Shown: positions 40,339 through 49,853 of the stretch, one piece after another
How positions within the stretch are numbered: the stretch's first letter is position 1
Layout: every line of letters starts with the position of its first letter
From: Myxococcales bacterium
GTDB taxonomy: Bacteria; Myxococcota_A; UBA9042; JABWCM01; BTVJ01
Direction: 5' to 3'
DNA length: 64,000 nt
Assembly (NCBI GenBank): GCA_045863395.1
Contig: BTVJ01000015.1
Location: 71,663 to 135,662, forward strand
Notes under the pieces: model-generated
Database searches by the model: none
Told to the model about the DNA's origin: nothing
Seen by the model: only the letters and a program-made list of their open reading frames with translations
Translations under genes and position numbers: made by a program

Positions 40339-42276
40339 ATGCGAGATCGATGGGGACGACGGAAGCTGGCAGGAGTGATCGCCGGGGCGGCGCTTGCGTG
40401 CACCGCGGTGGGCTGTGAACCAGCGGGCAGCGGCGGGACCGAACCGACGGTCGTGGAGCCGGGGAGCACTGAGGGGGTGGAGGAGCTGGCTCAGCCGCTG
40501 ACGGCGCTGGGCACGGCGCCAACATTCACCACGGTCAGCAACGTGGCGACACTCACCGTGGAGATTGGCAACGACGAGGTAGCGATCATCTCCAAGCGCG
40601 TGGTCGACAGCGCCATCCTCGTCAACGGCTACGAGGTCGTTGGGGCCGGAGCGCTCGGGCTGGCGAAGACGACGAACGTCAAGAAGATCGAGGTCACGGG
40701 AAGCACTGGCAGCAACACCTTGATCATGGACTACCTCAATGGGATCTTCGGCAAGGGCACGGCCACGGCGGTGGGCGTGAGCTTCGCCGGAGGCGGAGGT
40801 GCCGACGCGCTGAAGATTCGCGGATCGTCGGCGGTGGAGGACATGGTCGTCGGCGTGGACGGAATCGCCGTCGACTCGGATGCGTTCAAGGACATCTCCT
40901 ATACCGGAACCGTGGACCTGACGTTCACCCTGCTCGGAGGAGCGGACCGTTTCTCGGCCCAGGGCGAGGCCCGCGGTACAGGCGCAGCGCTGGCCGCCGC
41001 CGTTCTGGTGTACGGCGGCGACGGAAACGACGTGCTCACCGGCGGCAATGGCAACGACGAGCTCCGCGGCGGGGCCGGGGACGACGTCATCAAGGGCGGG
41101 ACTGGCCACGATGCCCTGTTCGGCGAGGACGGCAACGACACCCTGACCGGAGAGGCGGGCGACGACGATCTCGACGGCGGCGCCGGCAACGACACGCTGA
41201 ACGAGAGCAGCACGAGCGATGGCGCAGGTGCGGACGTCCTGATCGGCGGCGCCGGGACCGACACGGTGACCTACGCGGCAAGGACCGCGGCGCTCACCAT
41301 CACGGCGGATGGCGTCGCTGACGACGACGGCGAGGCTCTTGAAGGCGACGACGTGAAGGACGACATCGAGGTCATCACGTGTGGCTCGGGTGACGACGAC
41401 GTCACCGCGGGAAACACGGTGGGCACCACGATCAATGGAGGCGACGGCGCCGATACCCTGACCGGTGGTACCCAGGGTGACGTCCTCAACGGCGACGCTG
41501 GCGACGACACCCTGAACGGCGGGGGCGGGGTGGACACGCTGAACGGAGGCGTGGGCGATGACACCTTCGACATGGGGACCGTGGCCGACGCAGGGGACGT
41601 CGTGAACGGCGGCGCGGGCACCGACACGGCCGACTACTCGGGTCGGAGCAACGCTCTGACGATCAGCCTCAACGGCACGGCAGACGATGGCGAGACGGCC
41701 GAGGGAGACAACGTCAAGGCGGACGTGGAGAACGTGATTGGCGGCGGTGGCATCGACACGATCACCGGCAGCGCCCTGGCAAACGTGCTCGACGGAGGCG
41801 GCGGCAACGACACTCTCAACGGCCTTGCCGGGAACGACACCCTCATCGGCGGGGCGGGCGACGACACCCTCAACGGAGGGGACGGCGACGACACCTTCGA
41901 CATGGGGGATGCGGCCGACGGCAAGGACACGCTCAACGGCGGCAACGGCACGGACCACGCAAACTACTCCGCTCGGACCAATGACCTGACCATCTCCATC
42001 GATGGTACCGCCAATGACGGGGAGGCGAGCGAGGAGGACAACGTCGGGACCGACGTCGAGAACGTCACGGGCGGCGCCGGGAACGACACGATCACTGGCT
42101 CTGCGGCCAATAACGAGCTGGTTGGCGGCCTCGGCGCCGATACCCTGAACGGCCTTGGCGGCGACGACATCCTCGAGGGCGGCGCAGGCGACGACACCCT
42201 GGACTGTGGCGCGGGAGACGGCGACATCGGGTTGCCTGGCCCCGGCGTGAACACCATGGACAACTGCGAGCTCTGA
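40339..42276 (+). CDS. RTX (hemolysin-type Ca-binding) repeat lipoprotein
   Basis: GGAG RBS; lipobox AVGC; many GGxGxDxLx nonapeptides. Confidence 0.92.
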   Translation: MRDRWGRRKLAGVIAGAALACTAVGCEPAGSGGTEPTVVEPGSTEGVEELAQPLTALGTAPTFTTVSNVATLTVEIGNDEVAIISKRVVDSAILVNGYEVVGAGALGLAKTTNVKKIEVTGSTGSNTLIMDYLNGIFGKGTATAVGVSFAGGGGADALKIRGSSAVEDMVVGVDGIAVDSDAFKDISYTGTVDLTFTLLGGADRFSAQGEARGTGAALAAAVLVYGGDGNDVLTGGNGNDELRGGAGDDVIKGGTGHDALFGEDGNDTLTGEAGDDDLDGGAGNDTLNESSTSDGAGADVLIGGAGTDTVTYAARTAALTITADGVADDDGEALEGDDVKDDIEVITCGSGDDDVTAGNTVGTTINGGDGADTLTGGTQGDVLNGDAGDDTLNGGGGVDTLNGGVGDDTFDMGTVADAGDVVNGGAGTDTADYSGRSNALTISLNGTADDGETAEGDNVKADVENVIGGGGIDTITGSALANVLDGGGGNDTLNGLAGNDTLIGGAGDDTLNGGDGDDTFDMGDAADGKDTLNGGNGTDHANYSARTNDLTISIDGTANDGEASEEDNVGTDVENVTGGAGNDTITGSAANNELVGGLGADTLNGLGGDDILEGGAGDDTLDCGAGDGDIGLPGPGVNTMDNCEL

Positions 42277-42340
42277 GTTCGTGCCCGCTCTCTGCGTCGG
42301 CAGAGGGCGGGCTTCCACTTCTCCCCAGCCCCACTCTCAC

Positions 42341-43690
42341 GTGACCGCCAGCCGTCCATTGCTCGTCCCACGCATCGCCATGGCCGCGTTGGCGCTCAGC
42401 GCCTGTGAAGCGCCCCCAACCACGGAGGCGGTGCGCCCGTACCACCTCGCCGCACGAGTGTCCTCATCGGGTGATCGAATCGGCCTGCGATTCACTGCAG
42501 AGATTCGGGGCACCATTGTCTCCGAGGCGGTCGTGACGCTGTCAGGCCCACCCGGAGCGCACCCGCGCTTCAATATGGAGTCAGACGGCGGGGGAGACCG
42601 TCAGACCGCCGCATTCTCGGTGGCCCCACAGGGCGGATCCCTCACAGTGGACACCGAGCTTTCGGGCGTAAGCGGAGTCATACCTGGCGAGACTCGGCTC
42701 CACGTCGTTCTGGCCGGGACATCCGCGTACTCCGTGGGGTCAGCGCTCATTGAGGCACCGGAGTCCCTGGTTGTAGGCGCCCCCTGTGATCCCACCGGCC
42801 TGTGGTCCCTGTGCCCGCCAGACTCGGTCTGCGCCGGCCTGCCGCCCACATGCACTGGGGCCGTCCCCGCGCTGACGCACCTCGGCTTCTTTTCTCGCAC
42901 CCACGGTCCTGAGATTCTGGCCGCGGGGACTGATCCGACAGGCGTCCTGGCGGCGGTACGTCTGGAGTTTCTCGACGCCACCGGCGCCTCAATCCTCGTG
43001 GATCTGGACAACGATGGCGCGCCAGAGTCGGGCTCCTTCGAAGTCGAAGCGACAGCCACGGATGGGGCCTTTCTCTTACGGCTGGTCACGGCAGAGACCT
43101 TCCCGGACTTGGTGCCCCGCATCCGGGCGGCACCCATCGACGTCACCGGCCGCGCCTTCGCGCCTCTGGAGGCAGCCTATGGACCCGCTCCTGTTTCCGG
43201 TGTGGGGGATGCTTGCGACCCACGCGGCTTTGTCGGGTGCGCGCCCGAGGCCGTTTGTCTGGGCGCCACGGCGTCTACCTGTACCCCCGTCGCCCCACTA
43301 CGGGAAGCGGCCTGCACCGAGGCACCGTTCCTCGAGGCTGGCGGGAGCGCCACCCTGTGCACCATCGCGAAGCCGCTCTGGACCGTTCCCGCCGGCTGCG
43401 CCCCCGGAGACACCTCGGCGCTTCCCGAGGCCGTCGTCCGGGTTCGGTCCACGGCTGGGGGCTCTCTCACCGTCCGATTCGACCAGGACGTGACCCAGAT
43501 TGACCCGGTGCTGTCCGTGCGCGCTGTCTGCGACGGTTCCGAGCCCCTCGCCTGCATGGACGATGGCCCTGACGGCCCGTGGCCCGAGGCAGTGTTGGAC
43601 CTCCTCCCCGGTGAGGAGCGAACGCTCGTCATCCACGCGTGGGGTGAGACCGGCGGGTGCTTCACCATGCGGGCGACTCAGACAGACTGA
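42341..43690 (+). CDS. Lipoprotein paralogous to 38554..40176
   Basis: Lipobox LSAC; shared GxPCDP, FLD..G..VDLDNDG, TAETF, CDPRGF, LW..P.GC motifs; start uncertain. Confidence 0.75.
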   Translation: MTASRPLLVPRIAMAALALSACEAPPTTEAVRPYHLAARVSSSGDRIGLRFTAEIRGTIVSEAVVTLSGPPGAHPRFNMESDGGGDRQTAAFSVAPQGGSLTVDTELSGVSGVIPGETRLHVVLAGTSAYSVGSALIEAPESLVVGAPCDPTGLWSLCPPDSVCAGLPPTCTGAVPALTHLGFFSRTHGPEILAAGTDPTGVLAAVRLEFLDATGASILVDLDNDGAPESGSFEVEATATDGAFLLRLVTAETFPDLVPRIRAAPIDVTGRAFAPLEAAYGPAPVSGVGDACDPRGFVGCAPEAVCLGATASTCTPVAPLREAACTEAPFLEAGGSATLCTIAKPLWTVPAGCAPGDTSALPEAVVRVRSTAGGSLTVRFDQDVTQIDPVLSVRAVCDGSEPLACMDDGPDGPWPEAVLDLLPGEERTLVIHAWGETGGCFTMRATQTD

Positions 43691-43761
43691 CCGGCGCGCG
43701 GTCGCCGGGCACCCAACGGGGTTCGGTGGACGGCGGCGACATGCCTCCGGCGCGGACCGCC

Positions 43762-45480
43762 TCAGCGCTGCGCGAGGATGCGGCGCGCCAGCTTCCAGCG
43801 GCGGAAGCGGCGGGTGGCCGCCGCGCGGTGGAGGATGCGGGCGTCTACCGCGGCGACCAGGCCCTCGCTGATGAGGGCGCCCGTGGCCACGCCCAGCGCC
43901 GCGGCCACCTCGTCCGCCGCGATGGCGCCGCTGAGCGCCGCGCCCTCCATGTAGCCTTGCGCGTCGAGGTTGGTGTGCTCTCCCGCGAAGTGCAACGTGC
44001 CGACGGGCTCCGCCTCGACGCCCGTGATCGTGGTGTACTGCCCTACCGTGTAGCAGGAGTAGCTGCCCAAGGTCTGGGGGTGGGTCGGCCAGTGCATGCG
44101 GGCCACCTTGCCGTTGCCCGCCGCCTTGGCGCCCGGGAAGACCTGGTCGAAGCCGTCGAGGAAGGCCGCCATGCGCTCCTCGGGCGTGCCCTTGCCCGCG
44201 TCCACGCCCACCTTGCCGCCGGTGAAGTTGGTGATGATGCCGCTCTTGCCGGGCTGGAGGCGGCTCGTCTCCCAGGACGCCTGGTAGCCGACGTCCGTGT
44301 AGGTGCTGCCGTTGGACTTGGCGGCGCGCCAGACCCGATCCGTGAAGCCGACCATCAGCTTGGCATTGGTGCCATAGCCCATCTCGTCGATGGCCTTGCG
44401 CTTGGCCGCGGGCAGCTCCGCCTGGATGTCCACCTCCCGCAGGCGGGTGAACGGGAGCGTGATCACCACGTGGTCCGCGTCCACCTCGAAGGCGCCGCCG
44501 TCCCGGTCGAAGCTGAGGGTCCAGCCGTCCCCGTTGGGCTTGATGCGGCGCAGGGTCGCGCCCGTCTCGATGGTGCCGGCCGGGAGCCCGTCGGCGAGCT
44601 TCGTCGTGAACGTGTCGTTGCCGTCCTTGGTGTGAAAGCGCTCGTCCGAGTCGCCGAACTCCTTGAAATCTGAAGCGTCCGTGCTGATCAGGAACAGCAT
44701 GTTGAGCACGTTCTGGACGTCGGTGTCGAGGCCGTACTCGATGGTGTAGGCCATCTCCAGCAGGTCGCGGACCACCCCGCTCGCCCCCACCTGGTCGAAC
44801 CACGCCTTGATGGACAGGGCGTCCAGCGCCTCGCCGCCGTTCGGCTTGTTGTAGTAGACGAAGAGGTCCTCCTGGTCGGGCAGGGTCGCCAGCGCCTCGT
44901 CCATCTTGGCGGCGATCGGGGCAAAGCCGTCGAGGATCTGCTGCATGGTGAGCTTCACGCCACCGAAGTGGGCCACCAGGTGCTCCAGCGTCGCGTCGTC
45001 CTTGGTGTAGTCCAGGAGCTCGATGGACAGCTCCTTGGCCAGGTCGTGCATGGTCTCGTGGCCGGTGTCGATGAGCTCGCCGCCCAGCTCGCAGTGCATG
45101 CCGTCGGGGAAGGTCGCCCGGTCGGTGAACATGCGCCCACCGGTACGGGACGACGCCTCGTAGATCGTCGACGCGATGCCCAGCTTGTGCAGGCGCCAGG
45201 CGCAGTGGAGCCCCGCCATGCCGCCGCCGACGATGGCGACGCGCGCGCCTCCCCCACCACTCGCGTCCGACGTGTCGCCCACCGCAGTACCCGTCGAGCC
45301 GCAGCGCGCGAGGATCGGGACGGCCACCGCCGCCGCGCTCGCCTGGAGGAAGCGCCGCCGGTCGAGGCGTTGCTCCGCCCGAAGCTCGTGCAGCTCGAGG
45401 GCGGGGACGCCGAGGCGCCGCGCCTCTCGTGTGGTCTGGAGCGCGCGCATCAGCTCGCGGAACAGCGGGGTCTTTGCCAC
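43762..45480 (-). CDS. Flavin monoamine oxidase family protein with twin-arginine-like signal
   Basis: GGAGG before GTG; RRRFLQ..LARC; IVGGGMAGL, ELGGELID, FAGEHT, MEGA. Confidence 0.9.
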   Translation of the reverse strand: MAKTPLFRELMRALQTTREARRLGVPALELHELRAEQRLDRRRFLQASAAAVAVPILARCGSTGTAVGDTSDASGGGGARVAIVGGGMAGLHCAWRLHKLGIASTIYEASSRTGGRMFTDRATFPDGMHCELGGELIDTGHETMHDLAKELSIELLDYTKDDATLEHLVAHFGGVKLTMQQILDGFAPIAAKMDEALATLPDQEDLFVYYNKPNGGEALDALSIKAWFDQVGASGVVRDLLEMAYTIEYGLDTDVQNVLNMLFLISTDASDFKEFGDSDERFHTKDGNDTFTTKLADGLPAGTIETGATLRRIKPNGDGWTLSFDRDGGAFEVDADHVVITLPFTRLREVDIQAELPAAKRKAIDEMGYGTNAKLMVGFTDRVWRAAKSNGSTYTDVGYQASWETSRLQPGKSGIITNFTGGKVGVDAGKGTPEERMAAFLDGFDQVFPGAKAAGNGKVARMHWPTHPQTLGSYSCYTVGQYTTITGVEAEPVGTLHFAGEHTNLDAQGYMEGAALSGAIAADEVAAALGVATGALISEGLVAAVDARILHRAAATRRFRRWKLARRILAQR

Positions 45481-45654
45481 CTGGCCCTCCTGGTCGGGTT
45501 CGGGATCGCCGGCACCTCCCACTCTGGGAGCCTGCGCGACGCGATGTCCGGGGTCGCTGGGGTGGTAGGGCATCGGGGCCGCCGCGTCAATGCGCGACCG
45601 GCGGGAGGCCCGAATCCACGGGGAAATCGGGGCGCTGGGGCGGCCCCACCAGGC

Positions 45655-46512
45655 TCAGGCGCGGCACACCGGCAGCAACGTGCACCCGGCGCACCGGGTC
45701 GGGTCCCGGCGCCGCGGGCAGTGGTTCAAGATGCCGAGGCGGCAGATCGCCCAGTCGTAGCGCACGGGGTCGTCGGGCGAGAAGGCCCGCAGCCCCTCCG
45801 TGATCTCCTGTGCCATGGCCCAGCCTTGGGTGCGCCGCTGCGTGAGCCCGAGGTAGGTGCAGATGCGGGCGACGTGGGTGTCGAGCGGCATGACCAGGTG
45901 CGCCGGGCTCACGTCCCGCCAGAGGCCCAGGTCGAGGCCGTCACGGCGCACCATCCACCGGAGCTGGAGGTTCAGCCGCTTGCACGCGCTCCCGTCCGCG
46001 GGCGACGCGAAGAACCAGCGGACGCCCTCGCCGGCGGCCAGCGAGCCCGGCGCGAGAGGGCGGAAGTCCAGGCTCAGGAAGTCGCGGGTGTAGCGCGTGA
46101 GCGCGGGCCCCACGTGGGGGTCGGCGGGCTCCATGCGCGACGAAAAGAAGGCGCCGAGCGAGCCCCACGCCTCATAGATCTGCCGGAGCCCGAGGCAGAG
46201 CAGCGCCAGATCGCGCCCCCGGTTGAAGCGGTGGACCCAGCCGTCAAAGACACGGGCGTCACGCCGGGGCTCGAAGCCTCGCACGAAGGCGTGCGGCCTG
46301 CCCATGCGCTGGAGCGCCGACCCCACGCTCGCGAGGATCTGCTCCACCCGCCCGTAGGCGAGCCCCGCCGCAAGCACCGCCGCGACCTCCTGATCCAACG
46401 GATCCGAGAAGCGGTGAACGACGGCCAGCGGGTCCCCCGGCAGCAGCTCCGGCCGCCCATACTGCTCGACCAGCCGCTCCAGGAAGGGCCCGAGCGCCCC
46501 CTGCCCGCTCAC
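45655..46512 (-). CDS. TIGR02757/DUF2400 family protein
   Basis: DPL..VH, LAYGRV, SACKRLNL.LRWMVR, PLDTHV, DPVRYD; GTGA overlap with rarA stop. Confidence 0.9.
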   Translation of the reverse strand: MSGQGALGPFLERLVEQYGRPELLPGDPLAVVHRFSDPLDQEVAAVLAAGLAYGRVEQILASVGSALQRMGRPHAFVRGFEPRRDARVFDGWVHRFNRGRDLALLCLGLRQIYEAWGSLGAFFSSRMEPADPHVGPALTRYTRDFLSLDFRPLAPGSLAAGEGVRWFFASPADGSACKRLNLQLRWMVRRDGLDLGLWRDVSPAHLVMPLDTHVARICTYLGLTQRRTQGWAMAQEITEGLRAFSPDDPVRYDWAICRLGILNHCPRRRDPTRCAGCTLLPVCRA

Positions 46513-47819
46513 CCCCGCTCCGTGCGCCACCGGTCGAGGCGCTCCTTGATGTACTTCTCGTAGCCGTAGCCCCGCGGCTCATAGAGCCGCGTGCCCCGCA
46601 GCGCGTCCGGCAGGTAGTGGTCGGGCACCCACCCGCCCGGCGCGTCATGGGGGTAGCGGTAGCCCTGCCCATGCCCGAGCTGCTTTGCCAGGGCCGTCGG
46701 AGCATTGCGCAGGTGCGCGGGCACCTCCAAGGAGCCCGCCTCCCGCACGACCCGCCGCGCCTCCCCCAGCGCCAGGTAGCTCGCGTTGCTCTTGGGCGCC
46801 GTCGCGCAGTAGGTCACCGCCTGTGCAATCGGGATGGCCCCCTCCGGCAGCCCGACCAGCTCGAAGGCCGACAGCGCCGCCGTCGCCACCTGGAGCGCCC
46901 GCGGGTCGGCGTTGCCCACGTCCTCGGCCGCGAAGATCACGATGCGCCGCAGGATGAACCGAGGGTCCTCCCCGGCGTCCAGCATGCGCACCATCCAGTA
47001 CATGGCGGCGTCCGGGTCGCTGCCCCGCATGCTCTTGATGAAGGCGCTGACCACGTCGTAGTGCTGGTCCCCCGCCCGGTCGTAGCGCAGAGGCTGGGCG
47101 GCGACCGCCTCCTCCACGCAGGCGTCGTCGATGACCCCGTTGGCGAAGCCCGCGGCCTGCTCCAGCAGGTTCAAGGCGCGCCGCGCGTCCCCGTCGGCGG
47201 TCCGGGCGATGGCACACAAGACCGCGTCGCCGGCCTCCAGGTCCATGCGCCCGATCCCGCGCTCCTCGTCGTCCAGCGCGCGCCGCAGCAGCCGCGCGAT
47301 GGCCTCCGCCCCCAGCGGCTCCAGGGTGACGACCCGGCAGCGCGAGAGCAGCGCCGCGGTCAGCGCAAAGGACGGGTTCTCCGTGGTCGCGCCGATGAGC
47401 ACGACGGTCCCCGCCTCCACGTGAGGCAGGAAGGCGTCCTGCTGCGCCTTGTTGAAGCGGTGGATCTCGTCGATGAACAAGAGCGTGCGGCGGCCATCGG
47501 CGCGCAGCCTCTGGCGCGCGGCGGCGATGATCTCCCGCACCTCCTTCACACCGCCCAGAACGGCTGAGAACGGCTCGAAGTGCGCTCGCGTGGAGTGGGC
47601 GATGACGTGGGCCAGCGACGTCTTTCCGCTGCCCGGCGGGCCCCACAGGATCATGGACGGGAGCCTGTCGGCGCGGATGGCCGCCGCCAGGAACCGGTGG
47701 CGTCCCAGCACCCGCTCGTGGCCGAGCAGCTCCTCCAGGGAGCGGGGCCTCATGCGGTCGGCCAGCGGAGCGGCCTCGCGCCGCCGCTCCGCCTCCAGGT
47801 GGTCGAGCAGGTCTGCCAT
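46509..47819 (-). CDS. rarA: Replication-associated recombination protein A (MgsA/RarA AAA+ ATPase)
   Basis: PLADRMRP, GPPGSGKT, FIDEIHRFNKAQQD, ATTENP, SAFIKSMRGSDPDA. Confidence 0.96.
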   Translation of the reverse strand: MADLLDHLEAERRREAAPLADRMRPRSLEELLGHERVLGRHRFLAAAIRADRLPSMILWGPPGSGKTSLAHVIAHSTRAHFEPFSAVLGGVKEVREIIAAARQRLRADGRRTLLFIDEIHRFNKAQQDAFLPHVEAGTVVLIGATTENPSFALTAALLSRCRVVTLEPLGAEAIARLLRRALDDEERGIGRMDLEAGDAVLCAIARTADGDARRALNLLEQAAGFANGVIDDACVEEAVAAQPLRYDRAGDQHYDVVSAFIKSMRGSDPDAAMYWMVRMLDAGEDPRFILRRIVIFAAEDVGNADPRALQVATAALSAFELVGLPEGAIPIAQAVTYCATAPKSNASYLALGEARRVVREAGSLEVPAHLRNAPTALAKQLGHGQGYRYPHDAPGGWVPDHYLPDALRGTRLYEPRGYGYEKYIKERLDRWRTERG

Positions 47820-47959
47820 CAACTTCCGAAACGTTCGACGACGTCGCGCGTCCCCATGAATGGACCATGCGCGGGTGCGGTCCGCCTTGCCACCCGGCAG
47901 GACCAGTGGCATTGTCGGGCCAACGCCCGAGTCTCCGGGCAAGTCGAGCATAGACCCTC

Positions 47960-49798
47960 GTGGTGGACGTTTTCAAAGACCCTGGCCCCGACGCCCCGGC
48001 GTCGCGCCTGCTCGACCAGCGCTACGAGCTCCTCCAGGAGGTCGGGCGCGGTGGCATGGCCGTGGTCTATCGCGGTCGCGACCGGCGCCTCGGCAACCGC
48101 GAGGTCGCGGTCAAGGTGCTCCACCCCTACCTGGCGACCAGCCCCGACGCCCGGCGCCGCTTCAAACGCGAGGCCGACGCCGTCGCCCAACTCGAGCACG
48201 AGAACATCCTCAAGGTCTTCGACGCGTCCGGCGTGGACTCCCGCGACACGTACATCGTCATGGAGTTCGTCCACGGCCGGACCCTCCGCGAGATCATCGA
48301 CGCCCGCACGTTCCGCGTCCCCGAGATCGGCGCCATGATCGCCCATCAGGTGGCCCGCGCCCTCTGCCACGCCCACCAGGCCGGCATCGTTCACCGGGAC
48401 GTCAAGCCCGAGAACATCCTGGTGCGCAACGACGGGGCTGTGAAGCTCACCGACTTCGGCATCGCGCGGGTCGCTCACGCGCAGCAGATGACGACCACCG
48501 GCGCCATGATCGGGTCTCCGGCCCACATGAGCCCCGAGCAGATCGAGGGGAAGCCCTCCGACGAGCGCTCCGACGTCTTCTCGCTGGGCATCCTCCTCTA
48601 CTACACGACCACGGGGGTCCTGCCCTTCCAGGCGCCGGCCCCCCACGCGGTGCTGCACAAGATCCTGGTCGGCCGCTACGAGCCGGCGGAGCGGGTCAAC
48701 CCGGCCGTCGGGCGGCGCCTGAGCCGCATCGTGGACAAGGCGATGGAGCGGGACCCGGCGGACCGCTACCAGTCGGCCGCAGCCATGCTGGCGGACATCT
48801 CCGACGCCCTGCGGGAGCTGGGCGTCGACGAGCCCGCCCTGGAGCTGCGCGCCTGGTTCGCCGACCCCGAGGGCATGGAGCAGGCGCTGCGGGAGCGCAT
48901 CGTCGGCAAGCTCCTGGAGCTTGCGGAGCGTGCCGCAGTGGAGCGCCGCAGGGCCGCGGCGCTCGGCGCCCTGGACCGCGTCCTGTCGTTGGACGACGGC
49001 AACCCCCGGGCGCAGGAGATGCTCGCCCGGCTGACCCGCCAGCGACGCTGGGGGCGCGTCGGGCTCGCCGCCGCGGCCTTGATGCTCGTCGCAGGTGGCG
49101 CCGCTCTGGGCATCGCGACGCTGCCGCCCGCGCCGCCGGCGCTCGTGATGCCCGTGGGGCGGGGCGCGGAGTCGCTCGGCGGCGCCCTGGAGACCCCGCA
49201 CCTGGCGCCCCCGATCCCCCCGCGCGTCATCGTCCTGCGGGCGCCGGAGGAGGGCGAGCGGCCCGTCGGGCTGGCCCGCCGTGACCTGAACCCGACGCCA
49301 CCGAAGAAGGCGGCTCCCGTCCCGCCGCCGCTGCCACCGCCCGCGCTTGCGGATGCGCAGATCGTCGCCTTCCCTCAAGGCGCCAGCGTGACGCTCGACG
49401 GCAAGTTCATCGGCTATGGGGGCGCGAGTGGCCTTCGCCTCACCCTGGGGAAGCACACCGTCCGCCTGTCGCACGCGACCTGCGAGCCGTGCGTGGACAC
49501 GGAGCACACGATCACGGTCGCCCTCGACAAGCCCAACGTCTTCCGCCTCCCGATCAAGCTCAAGCCCGCGACGCTGACCATCGAGGCCAATACACCAGCC
49601 TCCGTGCGCATCGCGGGCAACTCGAAGGGGTTCACGGGAGATGCGCTGGCAGTGCCCATGATGGAGGACCGCCCCACCTCCAAGAAGGTCAAGGTGGAGG
49701 CCCCCGGCTACAAGACGCTGGAGTTCACCGTCACCCTGGAGGCAGGCAAGGCGGTCACGAAGAGTGTCACGCTCCAGCCGGTTGCGCCCCCGCTGTAG
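47960..49798 (+). CDS. Transmembrane Ser/Thr protein kinase with PEGA domains
   Basis: GRGGMAVV, VAVK, HRDVKPEN, DFG, GSPAHMSPE; TM helix; two PEGA-like repeats. Confidence 0.93.
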   Translation: MVDVFKDPGPDAPASRLLDQRYELLQEVGRGGMAVVYRGRDRRLGNREVAVKVLHPYLATSPDARRRFKREADAVAQLEHENILKVFDASGVDSRDTYIVMEFVHGRTLREIIDARTFRVPEIGAMIAHQVARALCHAHQAGIVHRDVKPENILVRNDGAVKLTDFGIARVAHAQQMTTTGAMIGSPAHMSPEQIEGKPSDERSDVFSLGILLYYTTTGVLPFQAPAPHAVLHKILVGRYEPAERVNPAVGRRLSRIVDKAMERDPADRYQSAAAMLADISDALRELGVDEPALELRAWFADPEGMEQALRERIVGKLLELAERAAVERRRAAALGALDRVLSLDDGNPRAQEMLARLTRQRRWGRVGLAAAALMLVAGGAALGIATLPPAPPALVMPVGRGAESLGGALETPHLAPPIPPRVIVLRAPEEGERPVGLARRDLNPTPPKKAAPVPPPLPPPALADAQIVAFPQGASVTLDGKFIGYGGASGLRLTLGKHTVRLSHATCEPCVDTEHTITVALDKPNVFRLPIKLKPATLTIEANTPASVRIAGNSKGFTGDALAVPMMEDRPTSKKVKVEAPGYKTLEFTVTLEAGKAVTKSVTLQPVAPPL

Positions 49799-49816
49799 CT
49801 CCCCCGAATCAATGCG

Positions 49817-49845
49817 TTGCCACCCGGCGCCACCCCCCCTATAAT
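49817..49845 (+). promoter_or_regulatory. Near-consensus sigma70 promoter, likely leaderless transcript
   Basis: TTGCCA-N17-TATAAT ending 9 nt before ATG 49854. Confidence 0.65.
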
Positions 49846-49853
49846 GCGCGCCC

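Noticed and set aside
41020..42230. Repetitive DNA that might suggest a CRISPR array or VNTR
   Set aside because: Explained by RTX nonapeptide coding repeats; there are no identical repeats with spacers.
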